Shown piece by piece: positions 34,380 to 46,319 of a stretch of 55,419 nucleotides of DNA; the first letter of the stretch is position 1, and each line of letters opens with the position of its first letter. The notes beneath the pieces were generated by a model. It searched no databases. It was not told the DNA's origin and worked only from the letters and a program-made list of their open reading frames with translations. The DNA lies in contig NW_027367729.1 in the NCBI RefSeq assembly GCF_046119375.1, positions 1-55,419 of the forward strand, given 5' to 3'. A program made the translations under genes and the position numbers. Origin of the DNA: Phyllobates terribilis (taxonomy: Eukaryota).

Positions 34380-34925
34380 ATAAGTTTTATATTTTAGGTC
34401 CATGAATTTATATTAAAAGTTCATGTCTTTTTAAGCTCATTTTTAGCGCCCATAATATTTTTTCATGTTAACTTATTTTCTATAGTAAGTTCATGATTTG
34501 TGTGTTATAGATTCACTAACCTATTTACTAATTTATGAGATTTTGCACATCTATAAGAACTTTTTATTGTAAGTCACGAGTTTTATATTTTAGGTTTATC
34601 AATTTATATCAAAGGTTCATAAATTTTATATTGAAGGTTCTTTAACTTTAGTGGTTCACTAGAAAGACTCGTGAATTTTCTTTTGGTGTCTACGATTTTT
34701 TTTCTTTCAAATCATGAAATTTTTATATAGTAAGTTAATGAGTTTTCTCTTGTAGGCTCACTCGCTTATTTACAAATTTATGAGATATTTCAAATCTGTA
34801 CAACTTTTTGTAGTAAGTCACGAGTTTTATATTTTAGGTTCATGAGTTTTTATCAAAAATTCATAAATTTTATATTAAAAGTTCATAAATTTTATATCGA
34901 AGGTTCTTTAATTTAGAGGTTCGCG
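34380..34925. repeat. Degenerate AT-rich tandem repeat, units about 195-245 bp
   Basis: (A/G)AGTTTTATATTTTAGG recurs near 34382, 34578 and 34821, with the flanking blocks also repeated. Confidence 0.65.
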
Positions 34926-35700
34926 TGTGGATCGTGTGACTTCGAGTACCTTAATCTAACTAAAGATTATATCTTTCGTGCGGAATAAGATTAAGAACTA
35001 TATGAATAATAATTACCAAAACGATTTCCTTTATTAATTCTACTAGGGCTTACAATTTCAAGGCGAACACACAGTTCTTAGTTCGTCTCTAAACTCTCCT
35101 AGATATTGCGTAAACCTTAAATAAATAAATTAACCTCTTAGCACGACAACCTTTTCTAGAACGATAATCTAATCTATTTATACTAAAGGCATAATTGTCG
35201 GAAACTAATCTACGAAAATCTAGGCTAGTTACTCCCTTCTATTGTTTAGACCTTTATTCACTCAGTTCTTGCACTCCAATATTCGGTTCCCTACTTCATG
35301 TACTCAGTTCCCTTTATTCTGGTGAAGCGCTTTGAGCGCTATGCTTCTTGATTGACTTGCTTCAACTTCCAATCTTAAGCCCATTGATTCCTCTACTTTA
35401 ATCACCTATTTTGCTCGAAGGCCTATTGCTATCCTGCAATAACTCACTCAATGTAGATATTAGTATATAAAGATGTTTGTTATCATTAAAACTGAGAGAT
35501 TATAAGTTATAGATACTAGTAGCTAGTTCCTATAACCAACAATTTCCCCATTTTAATGATGCAAATATAGAATTCTGGCATAGATATAAAAGTTTAGCCA
35601 TAAGAAACTGAGAAAGAAATAGTTTCGGTTCCCCCTTAACCAATGAACAAGTAGCACTTATTGCCCTTTGAGCTTATCACGAGAGTTAGTTCCCCCATTA
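34926..35700 (-). mobile_element. Element D: A-related 3' LTR (34926-35541) plus truncated multi-PPT region
   Basis: TGTGGATCGTG...TATAACCAACA, then ATTTCCCCATTTTAATGATG and further TTCCCCC motifs as in 4071-4260. Confidence 0.85.
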
Positions 35701-37048
35701 CTAGAAAACAACTTTTTAGCCCGGGCGTATAAGGGCATAGAGCCCGGATATACCCAAAATGGTCCGGGCTTCAGGTCTTTGGGCTAAAAGGTATAGAGGC
35801 CGGAGTTACTTTCACACACTTCCGGGATCTATAGTTAAATTAGTGCACGGATAAGATAGGCTTTTAGCCCAGCCCTCTCTTATTCACTATCCGGGCTGTA
35901 TACTCTTATCTAGAAAAACAGATTCTTACCCAATATATACTAATTCATTTTCATGTATACATCAGCATTAATAATCTAAAATTTCAACACTGTATAGCAC
36001 ACATTAATAATCTGAAATTTATATTAATAGTTTAAATATCATACACCAACATTTTAACATCCAACACACAATATAATTGTTCACTTAATTTTACTAAAAG
36101 TTTATAGTAATCAACTTGCAACTAATAAACCAAAACAGTAAGTGCTTCATAGTCCTAATTGATTAACTATCTTCCTGCAAATGAATTTCAATACTATTTC
36201 ATAGTCCCAACTCCACCTTCATAAGATAAATAGTTCTTGACATGGCATCCTACAAATGAAAATAAACATATATTAGACAATCAATATAGAATTTTTCCAA
36301 CAATAAAGGTAGTAAAATAGGTGAAGACTATTACATAACTACACAAGACTGAAAAAATAATCAAACCAGTCCCGTCGAATTTGCATCAAGATCATTGTTA
36401 CACTAGGTAATCTTGTCACCATACCACTAAAAAATATAATAATGTAATTAATATAACTACATCTTAAATAGAAAAAGATTATTAAGTATTATAAGAGACT
36501 TACATTAATCGGTATTATTGAAGAGTTTTTCTTATGAAGTACAAGGTTTTCATGAACTTTAAAACATATTATCCACAATTAGTAATATTTTTCTGCCGAG
36601 GACAGTGCAAGTCATGACATAAATAATTATGTAAACTAAATAACGTGCCACAAAGTGTCTCTCTAATACTAATATAACTAAAGTAATTAACTTCACCTCA
36701 ATAACATGCCACAAAGTGTTCTTTGTGGTATTTTTTTGCTCAATTTAAATAAAAAAAGAAGCCTTGAAGCACATAGATATCTATCTTCCAATTGAAATCC
36801 AAAAAATTGCTATACTTTTCTTATGCTTATTTCTTCATCCTTTATTGATAATTTTTTCTCTATCATTTAATCATGTAGAACCAGAAACGTCAATAAATAT
36901 TGACAGTAAAGCATGAGGCAGGATCACATCAGCAAAACAAACATGTCAGTGATTAATTCACGTCAACCTTTCCATTCATACCTTTAAACCTACATTTCTT
37001 GTTTGTAATATTTCATATACCAGCAAGACCATAAATAAATGTTTTATA

Positions 37049-37348
37049 CTCCCTCCGTCCCATTCAAAGATCCCGTTTGATATTTTCTAAACAATTTAAG
37101 AAATTGTGAAGAAGAAATTAAATAGGAGAGAGAAAAGTGAAAATTGTAATTATTAGAGAAGAGAGATAGAGAGAAGAAAAAAATGGAGTAATTTAATGAA
37201 GAGAGATGATGTGTAAAAGTGTGTTGGGATATGTAAAAGTGTATTGGAAAAGTAAATTTTGGGTTTAAAAAAATTCTAAAAATGGCAAATGGGACTTATA
37301 TTTTAGAACGCCGGATTAGAAAAGTGGGATCTTTAGAAACAGAGGGAG
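37049..37348. mobile_element. Stowaway MITE (300 bp)
   Basis: TA|CTCCCTCCGTCCC...AACAGAGGGAG|TA gives canonical TIRs and a TA target duplication. Confidence 0.92.
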
Positions 37349-37526
37349 TACTAATCAGATACCCATAATTATATATCCTAGCCGCACCAACAAACTCTTA
37401 AGCTACAAATTCCTTTTTAGACTTGATTATGAAAACAAAGTTTACTTTACTTGTCAGAAGTTTAAAAACAACTCTACAACTTCATGTAGAATCAATAATA
37501 GTACTTACCAAGCAATAATAGTACTT

Positions 37527-37798
37527 ACCAAGCCAACGTCAGTATTCTGACATCTGTATAGTCTACCTAAATATATGAGCATAGTTTCTCAACTCCATTT
37601 GGGTTGTTTTATCATGCAAGAGGCAAGAGTAACAAAATGCAGATGTATAAGAAAATTTAATCACCAAGCCAACGTCAGTATTCTGACATCTGTATAGTCT
37701 ACCTAAATATATGAGCATAGTTTCTCAATTCCATTTGGGTTGTTTTATCATGCAAGAGGCAAGAGTAACAAAATGTAGATGTATAAGAAAATTTAATC
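37527..37798. repeat. Near-perfect 136-bp tandem duplication, preceded by a 20-bp duplication (37494-37533)
   Basis: ACCAAGCCAACGTCAGTATTC...AAATTTAATC occurs twice with only about 2 substitutions. Confidence 0.93.
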
Positions 37799-39254
37799 AT
37801 CAAGCTACTCAATTTATGTTCAAATTTCATACAAAGTTAAACACCCTAACCAATGCTACTGTAGAGCATTTATGATTTCCTAGCATCACTGAAGCAAACT
37901 TGCTAGTATTGAGTCCAAACTAGAAGAAGAAAAAAAGAAACTTGAGGATGACAGGGCTGTTTGCTATAGACAGAAGCTGGAAAATGGGTATAACTGAGCT
38001 ACTGAAATCAGCCGAGGATGAAATGACATTACAGAACGAGGTTTAAACAAATGCGAAGTGAAGCAAAAGATGATTACAATAGAAGGTGAAAGTTTGAAAT
38101 CAAGGCTATGAAGGTTGAGAGTAAGCCACTAATACTACTGTGAATCCGTGCGGTTGCTTCCGGCTCATTGCTTTCTTTACATCCCTCTAAAGGATTTAAA
38201 CAAACTACAAATCTCCCGGTGAAAGATACTAAAAATAGAAAATCAGTGTTACCAGTTTTACTCGATAGAATCCAGTTTAGTGAGTAATTTGACATACCAA
38301 TCACTCTTAGTTCCTTACAAATTTCTTTTAAGCTGTTCAACGTGGACCTCCAAATTATAATATTATAATAAATACCATCCTCCTATATACAAACACACAA
38401 TATTATAATAAACATACGTGGACCTCCAAATTGAACGGAAATAAATATAACAAAAAAGAGGTCTTCAGGGGTATTGAGATCTAGCACATGGATAAAACAT
38501 GTTATAGAGCAGTAGCATGTGATAGTAAGAATAGCAAATGGTTCATGCCAAGGAATGCCTTTTACATTAACTCTTAATTCACTATTAAACAGAGTAGTTT
38601 AACTAATCATGGTTCATCAAGGTGAGAAACAAAATTGATAGGTGAAAAATGTAACATTGAAATGGCGGTATCCAGGAATAATCTCCAGTTATCTCCTTTT
38701 AGGCAATTTGTTCTGTTTGAAAATACTCCCTGATTACTCTCTTCAGATACTTTAGTTGCATACCTATAGACAATATTGGATGATAAGATTAATTATTGTT
38801 ACATCTGCAGAATACGATCACATTCATCAAAAATTCATACACCAAGGAACCTTGAGATATGGAAAATTCCTTGTACACCAAAACACAACAATTCATCAGA
38901 TAAATCAAACTTTTAAACTATTGGACATAAAAGTTAAGGTCTTACATTCTGCAAGAGTGGATCTTCTAGCCAAAATTTGCCAATGGTAAGCACAAACTGT
39001 GCAGCATAGTTTCTAACCACAATCTCCAACTTCATCAGATAGGAAATACTCCAGTCAGGACCTCACTAAGGATCTCAGAGTAAGAATTTTTAGTCAAGAA
39101 CCCTTTTTAATATAATCCTAAGTTCTGCAATTGTGGATATGTTTAATTTTCTGAACTTTGATAGCTAACAACTTGCATTACTACAAGGGCAAATCTAGAA
39201 TCGAGATTTATAATCATTATACCCCCAAATTGTAAGAGAAGGAATGAAGTAAAA

Positions 39255-40017
39255 CTTGCTCTTCAATTGAGCAGTTCTCCCCACTCCACGGCAGAACCGG
39301 CGGAATGGAATGGCCTGCTTGTGAACCAGAACATCCTCCAAATACCTCTTAGCCTTCACTAACCAAACCAGGAGAAGAGGAAAAACAGAACAAAAAAATT
39401 GAACAAAAAAAGGCATCTTTCTGATGGAGAAAGCTATTTCCCTTGTTTTCTGTTTGTTACAATACGCATGAGCATTCATGAAAAGAAAGGAAAACAGAAC
39501 AAAAAAATTGAAAGCACCAACAAGACCCTAACCAAACCAATTACACTTGATGGAGAAATAGGGCAACTGTGCAGTCCATCACACGAGAGTAATTCTCAAC
39601 ATATTTAGGTTGGAATTAAGCAGAGCGCTAAGAATTAGAGAATGTATCATCCACTTGAATAAGCCAGCAAACTAAATTGATCAAACAATCATTGAATCAT
39701 GTTCAACAATCCAAGCTTAAAATTGCTAGTCGAAAGGCTACATCTGTTCACTATTTGTTGCAATGTTGAAATTATGGTTAAGAGATATAGAGGAAGGCAA
39801 GAGAACAAACCTTGAAATGGCATCTAAGATCAGATCCAAGAGACTTGCTAGATGTTGATAACAAATAAGAATTAGGGATACAGGAAACGTAGTGCAAATG
39901 TACCATAGCACCTGAAAGCCATGATATTGTTATCGAACAAAGGCTATAAATTTGGTAAATCGAAGAGATGGACGTACACTTGGTGGCATTATTAGGTTCC
40001 TAAGCGTAATCAACCAT
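39255..40017 (-). pseudogene. RPL17: Truncated, intron-containing RPL17 (uL22) pseudogene; exons 40017-39978, about 39851-39811, 39449-39255
   Basis: MVDYA*EPNNATK|gt, KSLGSDLRCHFK|gt and ag|[13 protein letters not shown][insert][32 protein letters not shown] match the plant RPL17 N-terminal half and its intron positions. Confidence 0.9.
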
Positions 40018-40469
40018 CTCCCCCCTCCAGTGCTAAAACCTTCTCTCTTCTTGTGACGACCAAAAAGTGCTTAATTTTCCCCAAATTTAGGAGAAGTGGA
40101 GTATGTACAGATTAGAGCAGCCATTGGTTGATGGAAGGGTCGCTGAGGAGACCACCGGTGGATGGATGATGATCGGAACATAAGAAGTTGGAATGGTGAT
40201 GTTGATTTAGGTCTCGGGACGGGTAGGTTGAAGACAAAATGTTAGAATAACATTTATTTATTTTTAAGAAAATAAATAGAAATAGGGCTCGGACACGAGA
40301 GATATGGGCTGCTAAATTGGTATAACATTTTAGACGGGAACTTTAGAGCCCGGATTTGAGCAAAAATAATACGTCCAGGCTTAAAAATAGTTCGCTTGAA
40401 AAAAGAATCGGGATTTCAGCCCGGACGTTAACTAAATGATTAGAGCCCGGTCTTTGCCCCTCCACTGCC

Positions 40470-41145
40470 CCTACAAAACATATTTAATATTGAAACAATC
40501 ATAATTTTATTTATTAAACTTAACTTATCATAATCAATATTGTGGTTTATTATACATACCTGCACATGAGGCTCTTCCTCAACTGCATCTTCTTCCATAG
40601 GCCCCCATGCGCCTCTTCGTAAACTGGTTCATACCCAAAGGCGGAATTCAGCTTGATGGCGTTCATAGTCACCACCATAATACGTTTGCAACCCACCACC
40701 GTAATGGTAGTATGTCCCACCGCCTTGGTGGTATTCGGACCCACCACCCATATGTTGCTCACCGTAGTACTCTAGCAACATCTGATGGGTAGACGACGCA
40801 TCTCCCATGTATTCATAGCCCCTACACCTGAGACGGAATGCCGTGGGCCGGATTCCACCGGGTTTATAGGATACGGGTACGGAGGGTCTTCTAAGTGGCA
40901 AGGTCTCCCCTCACCCGAGACAGAATGTCTCGATGGCGTGTACGTAGCAGAGGCGGCGCTCGCTTCTGCCCCCGCTTCTTCTTCGGGGAAACTCTACTTC
41001 CCAACTCAACTTTGGCTCTGGCTTCCTCCTCCGCAGCCAAGCGCACAGCCTCTTCAGCATCTCTCACGACATCCCTTTTGCGGTGTCGTGCCGATCTCGA
41101 CCCCATAGCGCCTCCGACCTTCTCCGCCATCTTCTTGATGCGGTC
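40470..41145 (-). pseudogene. ORF-X: unknown spliced, degenerate coding region (basic/charged part, then Gly/Tyr/His-rich part)
   Basis: Acceptor TACAG| at 41146, exon 41145-40560 with a frameshift, donor CAG|GTATGT at 40559 and acceptor TTGTAG| at 40471. No family recognised. Confidence 0.5.
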
Positions 41146-41744
41146 CTGTAGACACAATATTACACATGTAAATGACTTTTAAATAAATTAATCATACATT
41201 TACATCTATTAACTACAAAACTTCATTACAATCACCCCAATGCTGCAATTATCTTCACAAACTGGTCGTGACAGGCATGACAGGCACGCTCGTGACAAGT
41301 GAGTTGCACAAAGCTCGTCATGACCCAGGGAGGCAGTGCTATCCTGGTTTTCAATGGATACACTGCCTATCGAAGCTCAAATGGCAGCCATATTCAACTA
41401 CGTAACAACTATACTGTCAAAAACTGTTTTTCATTCCTTTTCTACTAATTCAACATTCAAAACTACCTGAATACTAAATCCAACTACCAAACTCATTACT
41501 ATGATAATTTTGAACCTAAACCGTAGTAAACCACTTATACAACTAAAATCACCATAAATATCAATATTTCAACCATAGAATGTAATTAAATCAAATTATT
41601 TTACCTAAATACCTACAAATTCTACAAAAAATTACAACAATTCATACATAATACTTATACAACCAAATATCTACTAAATCAATGCTACAACTACAATCTC
41701 CATAAAAAACAATTTTTAACCATAGAATGTAATTAAATCAAGTT

Positions 41745-42808
41745 TCTCAAGGAAGGAAAACGATAAGGGTAGGTGGAGCGATATGCATGCGGCTGTTTTT
41801 TTTAGAATAATAGCAGACACGCAGAAGAGGAATAGTTATGCTACCACAGTGCTGTGGAATGTTGTTGCTCGTTCTTTTCATGAACAGACTGGTATATAAA
41901 TGACTATACAAAAATTGAAGACAAACATAACCACCTTAAGGGATTATGGTCAGCATGGTACAATTTGAGGTTCCATGTAACTGGTGTTGGGTGGGATGAG
42001 GAGAACTTCAAGGTCGCAGCTACAGAAGAGTGGTGGGAAAGGAACAAAAAGGTACAAACAATGTCTTATAAACTTATTGCTTAAACTCGTACAAGTTGAT
42101 TGTATACTTGTACTAAACATCTTAATGTTGATATTGTAGGAGAAATTTCACCAGTTCAAGAGGAACCCTCCGTCGAAGGAGATGAGCGACTTGTGGGATG
42201 AGTGCTTCACTAGCAGTACATCAACTGGGAAATATGCAGTTGCTCCTTCTGGCGACAACATGGATATTCCTATTGACGAAGGGAGGATAGAAGATGAGAG
42301 CAACGTCGGGAATGAAAGTGACTTTGATCTTGGGGGTGAGGATGATGAAAGAACTACACCCCTAGACGGCACTCAAGAGCCTCCCGCCCCTGACCCCCCT
42401 TTGTCTCAGCACAACGCTAACAACATGGCTTACTCCCCCGCCGTTTCTGGTCTTGGAGTATACAAGATGAAGAGGAAGGAAACTCCGGGGGGTAAGGCCT
42501 TTGAGAGATGTTGTGAAGCTATTAGCACTCCAAGCGCTTCATATGGGAGGAGTTGTGACGCCATTAGTAGTTCAGTTGGGGTAGCCTCTAAGGATGAGCA
42601 GAACGCTAACTATCGTGATGCTGTTGAACATCTCAACTTCCTTGTTTCTATTGACCTAATTGCTGCCAGGTCTAAGCTTTGGTGTTATGCTATGACAGAA
42701 CTGCGTAAGGAGGACCGTCGTGACATCTTTGTTATGTGTCATACCGATGAAGAAAAGGTTGCATGGTTAGAGCACGAGTATCAAATGTGCTTAGCCAGGC
42801 TTAGCTAA
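41745..42808 (+). pseudogene. PIF/Harbinger Myb/SANT-like DNA-binding ORF, 5'-truncated, one in-frame stop; exons about 41745-42051 and 42140-42808
   Basis: KGRWSDMHAAVF...QKLKTKHNHLK...VTGVGWDEENFKVAATEEWW, an acidic linker and a C-terminal EEKVAWL motif. It lies next to a Harbinger transposase. Confidence 0.88.
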
Positions 42809-42930
42809 ATAGGAGAAGGAATTGGGATGGGCTAGGTAGCAACTGTTATGTGACTTGATGTATTGTAGATAAACTTGTGTTTATTTATGGTTGTTGCAAG
42901 ACTTTTTATGACATTGATGTTTGTGGTGAA

Positions 42931-43069
42931 CTAAATTATCTATGTTTTGATGTTTTGGACAATACTTGTGTTTATGATCATGTTGTTCTAAATTATCTAT
43001 GTTTTGTTGTTTTGGACAATACTTGTGTTTATGATCATGTTGTTCTAAATAATCTATGTTTTGTTGTTT
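42931..43069. repeat. 57-bp tandem repeat, about 2.4 copies
   Basis: Units start CTAAAT(T/A)ATCTATG at 42931, 42988 and 43045. Confidence 0.9.
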
Positions 43070-43084
43070 CAAGATTTTCGAGAT

Positions 43085-44495
43085 ATGCAAGAGTATGATG
43101 ATGGAGAGACAAATGTTTCAAAACAGCAGTTACTTCAGTTCATGGAGCTTGGGCAACAGTACTTTGCCTTGGCTATTCAGCATCTGAGTGCGTCACACCA
43201 TTATATGAGGTATGTGCATAAGTATGAATGGCACAATTCTTCTCTTAGTGGGCAACAATACATGTTAGAGTGCCTTAAATTGGAGTCCGATGCGCGCTGC
43301 ATTAATCAATTTAGAATGGAGAAACATGTGTTGCTTACATTAGTGTACAAGTTGGAGAATAATTACGGCTTAACTCCTTCCAAGAACATGACTACACTAG
43401 AGAAAGTTGGTATATTCTTGTACACGCTAGCACGCTCGGGATCGAACAGGGACGTAGCTGATCGTTTCAACAGATCTGGTGATACCATTAGTAGAGCCTT
43501 TCATCAGGTACTTGATGCGTTTGTGTCGAGACACACTCGATACAATGTGTTTGCCAAATGACTTCTCGAGCCGCGTGGCAGGTCGTTTGCTGATGTGCCA
43601 CACAAAATACATTCTGAAGATCGATATTCACCGTTCAAGGTAACACTAAATATCCCATTGAAGTTCCTATTTGAGCCAAAAACAACACACATTTTGTACT
43701 AGTATTTTGATGTGTGTGTGGCATAACAGGGAGCCATAGGTTGCATCGATGGGGTGCACATTGCTAACGTCATCCCGTTGGAGGATCAGGGTCCTTATTT
43801 CGGTAGGAAGAAGTTCACGTCATTCAATGTGATGGCAGTTTGTGACTTCGACATGTACTTCACATTCATCTTGGTTGGTTCGGAAGGAAGTGCCCACGAT
43901 GCTAAGGTCTTTGATCATGCTGTTAAGACAGAAGCACTCAACTTCCTGCATCCTCCCGAAGGTACATCAATTTATGATTCCATTATTACTTATTTCATGA
44001 CGCCACTTCTATTACTAAAGTAATTCATTATGTGTTTAAGGGAGGTACTACTTGTGCGATAAGGGATACGCGGATAAGAAAGGTTATCTGATCCCGTATT
44101 CCAAAGTGAATTATCATAGATCACAATTTGGTAGTACTCCTCCCCAGAACAAAAGAGAGAAACTTCACTCTTCGTTGAGGACGACCATCAAAAAGATGTT
44201 TTTGGCGTTCTTAAGAAGAGATGGAAGATCGTTGCCGGATGTTTGCCAAGCTACCCCGTTGAGACTCAAGTGGACATCATTATAGGCTTGCTTTGCCTTG
44301 CATAACTTCATTCTAGCACACAAGCGGCATGACACAGTGGAGGAAGAAGTGGACGATGCTCCGTTAAAGTACAAATTTGACGCTAACGATGAAGAGCCTC
44401 TCGATCCCGTTGACAGAATGGGAAGTATGCGTGACCGCCTGGCTGCTACTATTTGGGCAAACAAGAGAGCATGGTTGAGGAGCCGAGACATTTGA
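43085..44495 (+). pseudogene. PIF/Harbinger DDE transposase (HARBI1/ALP1-like), defective, two introns
   Basis: CINQFRME, EKVGIFLYTLA, RFNRSGDTISRAF, AIGCIDGVHI, FNVMAVCDFD, GSAHDAKV, YYLCDKGY and ACFALHNFI, with stops and frameshifts. Confidence 0.93.
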
Positions 44496-44929
44496 TGGGG
44501 TGTTGAGCATTTTGTTTGTATTATGCGTGTATGAACATGAAACTTGTATGTGTTTTGGGTGCTTGAACTATTTTTAAGTATTGTGCTGTTTGAACATGAA
44601 ACTTGTGTGTGTTTTGGGTACTTGGACTATTTTTATGTATTGTGCGTGTTTCCCAAATAGTCTTGATTTTACTTGTATAAGAGGAAATAACAAGGTTAGT
44701 AAGAAAATTAGTACCAAAGTTGTAAGAGGAAATAAGAAGGTTGGTTTTAGGACTCCAAGTTGGTTATGGAGTTCTTTGGTGCATAAGAGGCTCATCTTGT
44801 CAATCTATTTATAGCAAAAACAAGATTAGAGCTAGGACCCGCAAATATGATTGTCTTTGGATACCACAAACCTTCTTCGAACATAAAACCCGTGTTCGAT
44901 ACAGAAACATACTTAACTAAATGCTTAAA

Positions 44930-45574
44930 TTACATGTCCAAAGCTTCCCTTACGCGTGCTTTTAAACTATAAAACTCGGCTTTGACATCTTCGTTCTCGG
45001 ACTCCAAGAACGCAACCACGCTCTTAAGGACTTCGTTCTCTAGCTTGAGATCTTTGTCCTTGTCATCACCTTCCAAGGCCGATATCTTGTCATTAAGCCG
45101 TTTGATCTCGGCATTGAGCTCGTCCACCTCCTCCGTCTTCTCGACTTTCAAGTCCATTATAACCTTCTTAAGCTCTATGACCTTGTTTTCCATGTTTTCG
45201 GCACGTTTGTTGTGGATCTCGAGATGATGAATCTGACATTGTAATTCATCAATCTTCTCTCTGAAACATGCGAGTCTCGGGAGCAAGGGGTCGCATATCT
45301 GAAATACCGTATTTGTCATACAAATCCTCCTCCTCCTACACGGGAAAGCCAAATATATCATTATATGTATCAAGTATCAAAATGAAGAACAAACGACAAG
45401 ATATTGGCTTACAAGGCTTGCTACGTCGTCGGACGAGGACACATCAGTAGAGTGTGGGATACACATCCCATAGTAAGCTTGACCATGGTTGCACAACCAC
45501 TCCTTAGTTCTGAGTGCGTCGTGCAAGGCTTCTATATCCCCCGAACGAATCCTGTCACTTTCAGCAGAATTCAT
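44930..45574 (-). pseudogene. ORF-Y: unknown two-exon protein with a Cys/His motif and a long coiled coil; one frameshift
   Basis: Exon 45574-45413 (WLCNHGQAYYGMCIPH), donor CTT|GTAAG, acceptor GTAG| at 45336, then a heptad-rich region of about 105 aa ending at the stop at 44930. Confidence 0.6.
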
Positions 45575-46319
45575 ATTCTACCTGCTATTATGAAAAATGA
45601 CTGAAAATTAATCCCAACTTTCCACTTATAGACTATCTACAGAAATGGTCCAAACAATTTCTTCTAGTCTAGCTAAAATCTTGGTTGATTTGATAACAAC
45701 ACAACACCTATTAATTGAGATCGTATAAACGAAATCAATTATTATATCCAACTATGAATAAATTTAGAGTAAACATCATCGAATTTAAGCAAAATTTCAA
45801 CAGAAAATTTTCTTTGGACCATTTTTGGTTGATAAAGTTGAATGGTGACGTTGTTTGCAGGATTCTAGCAACCCAACACTGCTAAAAAACACTACTACTT
45901 CCTAGTCTTCACGACCAACAGTTCAAACAAAAGCTGGAAACGACAATTCTCATTCTCAGACAAACAAAAAGACAGCTGTGCTCTGAAACAAGAGCTAAAA
46001 AGCTATGTCAAGATCTTCACAAAGGATGGAGGTGAAAAAGAAAGCATCAATTCTGTAATGGTGAACCGCAATCACCATGATTCAGATGAGTACAGTTTCT
46101 GTGTTCCTTCTGGAAAAATCCATACTAATCTTTCATCTGACAAAAAACCAAATTGAAAACAAAAAACAAGTTTATAATTTAAAACAAAATTGAGCTATAG
46201 TTGAGTAAATTTAAGAGCCTCAGGAACCATCATCGGCTTTTTTGTGCTGAGCCTATATCCGCAAAGTGGAGGGCTAAAAGTTCAAAACTCCATGCCAGCT
46301 ACCACTTTGCGGAGAAAGC

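Larger units (their letters stand above)
35701..40467. mobile_element. Probable non-autonomous hAT-like element with gene-fragment cargo; left TIR missing
   Basis: AGCCCGG/CCGGGCT subterminal repeats cluster at 35719-35897 and 40345-40450. The right end reads CAGTGGAGGGGC on the - strand, a hAT-like TIR start. No TSD can be verified. Confidence 0.55.

Noticed and set aside
35700-35720. TACTAGAAAAC as a CACTA TIR
   Set aside because: It does not start with CACTA and has no matching TAGTG end. The opposite end looks hAT-like, so this reading is less likely but not excluded.
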